Under the pieces are notes generated by a model. It saw only the letters and a program-made list of their open reading frames with translations. It made no database searches and had not been told where the DNA came from. From contig NC_007614.1 in assembly GCF_000196355.1 (NCBI RefSeq), positions 180,001-212,000 of the forward strand: a stretch of 32,000 nt of DNA. The letters run 5' to 3'. The stretch comes from Nitrosospira multiformis ATCC 25196. Its GTDB lineage: Bacteria; Pseudomonadota; Gammaproteobacteria; Burkholderiales; Nitrosomonadaceae. A program made the translations under genes and the position numbers. The stretch's first letter is position 1. Each line of letters begins with the position of its first letter. Shown here in pieces: positions 30,702 through 32,000 of this stretch.

Positions 30702-30726
30702 AAAACCCGCTCCGGCGGGTTTTTGT
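30702..30726 (+). terminator. Rho-independent terminator downstream of kup
   Basis: AAAACCCGC-tccg-GCGGGTTTTTG: 9-bp stem with T-run, 66 nt after the kup stop. Confidence 0.88.
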
Positions 30727-30884
30727 TTAACCCGCTCGACATTTCTAACAAATCGACGGACCACGCAAAAGGTAAAACTTGGCATTTTTAGTATCCCTTA
30801 TCCATTTATCCGTAAAACCCCATGTGAGTTAGATTGCCAGCTTGAGGAATTTTAGCGTGACCATTGAAGCATCAGCCTTGAGTG

Positions 30885-32000
30885 ATGGATACAGAGATCC
30901 ACAATCCCCATATCCCTGGCGGGCGTCCGCCCTCCCGACCGGCTATCGCCGCTCTCACTTTCGTGATTTTTATGTCGCTTACCCTAGCGAGCTGGTCTGT
31001 CGTACAGGATCTGCAGGAACGGCATGAAAATACTCGATTTGATAAGCGGGTAGCAGAAGTCATTCACAAGATCGAGCATCACTTTTCAGGGTATGAACAG
31101 GTGTTGAAAGGGGCGCTGGGACACCTGCTTGCCTCCCCCTCCGTTTCCCGGAACGAATGGCGCACATATGTGAATGCACTGCGAATAAACGACCGGTATC
31201 CGGGCATTCACGGTATCGGTTTCGCCAAATATATCCCGCGGTCAGGGCTTGCCGCCCATACTGAAGAAGTACGCGCGGAAGGTTTTCCGTCCTACAAAGT
31301 CTGGCCTGGAACCCCGCGCCAGGAGTATACCTCCATCATATATCTCGAACCCTTTACGGGATCAAATCTGCGTGCGTTCGGATATGACATGTTTTCAAAT
31401 GCTGTTCGACGCGCCGCCATGTCCCGTGCGCGCGATACGGGAGAAGTCGCGCTTACCCGCAAAGTGAAGCTCGTGCAGGAAACCGGTGAGGATATTCAGG
31501 CAGGCGTCCTTATGTATCTCCCCTACTATGGTGCTGCAAATCTGCCGAAAACGGTGGAAGAAAGGCGCGCATCATTGGGTGGCTATGTATATGCTCCGTT
31601 CAGAATGGTTGACTTCGTACGCGCCACCCTTGGGAGCGAACTTGATATCCTCGATCTGAGAATTTTCGATGGAAAAGCAATGGCAGAGGATTCTCTTCTT
31701 TTCGACAGCGTAAAACATCGATCTGGGCCGTCGCCCGTACCTAAATTTAAACGGGTCATACCTATATCCTTATATGGTCAAACATGGGCGCTCGAAGCAT
31801 CCTCCCGTCCTGCATTTGAAAAAGCAATAAAGAATTACGAGGCACTCCTCGTTCTGCTGGGCGGATTCGTGGTCAGCATGTTGACTGCCATGGTTTCCTT
31901 TGTCCTTTCGGGGAACAAAGAGAAGGCTGCGGCACTGGGACATGTAAATAAAAAACTGCTGTTGGCCATGGAGGAGCAGCAGGCAACAACACGCGAGCTT
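30885..32000 (+). CDS. CHASE-domain sensor protein (3' truncated by window; output domain not visible)
   Basis: Frame open to the window end: MDTEIHNPHIPGGRPPSRPAIAALTFVIFMSLTLASWSVVQDLQERHENTRFDKRVAEVIHKIEHHFSGYEQVLKGALGHLLASPSVSRNEWRTYVNALRINDRYPGIHGIGFAKYI...; second TM at LLVLLGGFVVSMLTAMVSFVL; coiled region KEKAAALGHVNKKLLLAMEEQQ. Not in the ORF track because no stop occurs in the window. Confidence 0.85.
   Translation, partial: MDTEIHNPHIPGGRPPSRPAIAALTFVIFMSLTLASWSVVQDLQERHENTRFDKRVAEVIHKIEHHFSGYEQVLKGALGHLLASPSVSRNEWRTYVNALRINDRYPGIHGIGFAKYIPRSGLAAHTEEVRAEGFPSYKVWPGTPRQEYTSIIYLEPFTGSNLRAFGYDMFSNAVRRAAMSRARDTGEVALTRKVKLVQETGEDIQAGVLMYLPYYGAANLPKTVEERRASLGGYVYAPFRMVDFVRATLGSELDILDLRIFDGKAMAEDSLLFDSVKHRSGPSPVPKFKRVIPISLYGQTWALEASSRPAFEKAIKNYEALLVLLGGFVVSMLTAMVSFVLSGNKEKAAALGHVNKKLLLAMEEQQATTREL

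Noticed and set aside
30842-31027. 61-aa plus-strand ORF at the start of the CHASE gene
   Set aside because: Different frame from the long CHASE reading frame starting at 30885; the latter has TM and domain features.

Overview
The window looks like ordinary chromosomal sequence from a betaproteobacterial ammonia oxidiser (Nitrosospira/Nitrosomonas-like). That reading rests on an unmistakable AmoC protein at 7831-8661 (-) plus typical betaproteobacterial gene order. Main blocks: (1) a glycolate/glyoxylate cluster: partial tartronate-semialdehyde reductase-like gene plus glcD, glcE, glcF; (2) ftsK; (3) a solitary amoC on the minus strand, with a sigmaE-like promoter candidate upstream; (4) lolA-rarA-serS, a helical protein of unknown function and a thioredoxin-fold protein; (5) an aa3-type cytochrome c oxidase locus (coxB with fused cytochrome c domain, coxA, small membrane ORF, ctaG/cox11, DUF2970, coxC, antisense DUF2909, surf1, Sco-like protein, ctaB, sco1) with no ctaA between the Sco-like gene and ctaB; (6) an FAD-linked oxidase, BON-domain lipoprotein, yraN, rsmI, glutaredoxin-like protein, sixA, SPW-like and PRC-barrel proteins, kup, and the start of a CHASE-domain sensor. 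I found no rRNA, tRNA, CRISPR array, transposase or prophage signature. I did not find a convincing new multi-gene system. The best leads are the orphan amoC with its stress-type promoter candidate, the missing ctaA, low-complexity insertions in GlcF and SerS, and a palindrome enclosing a perfect -10 box upstream of the glutaredoxin-like gene. All assignments come from reading the sequence; no database search was run.
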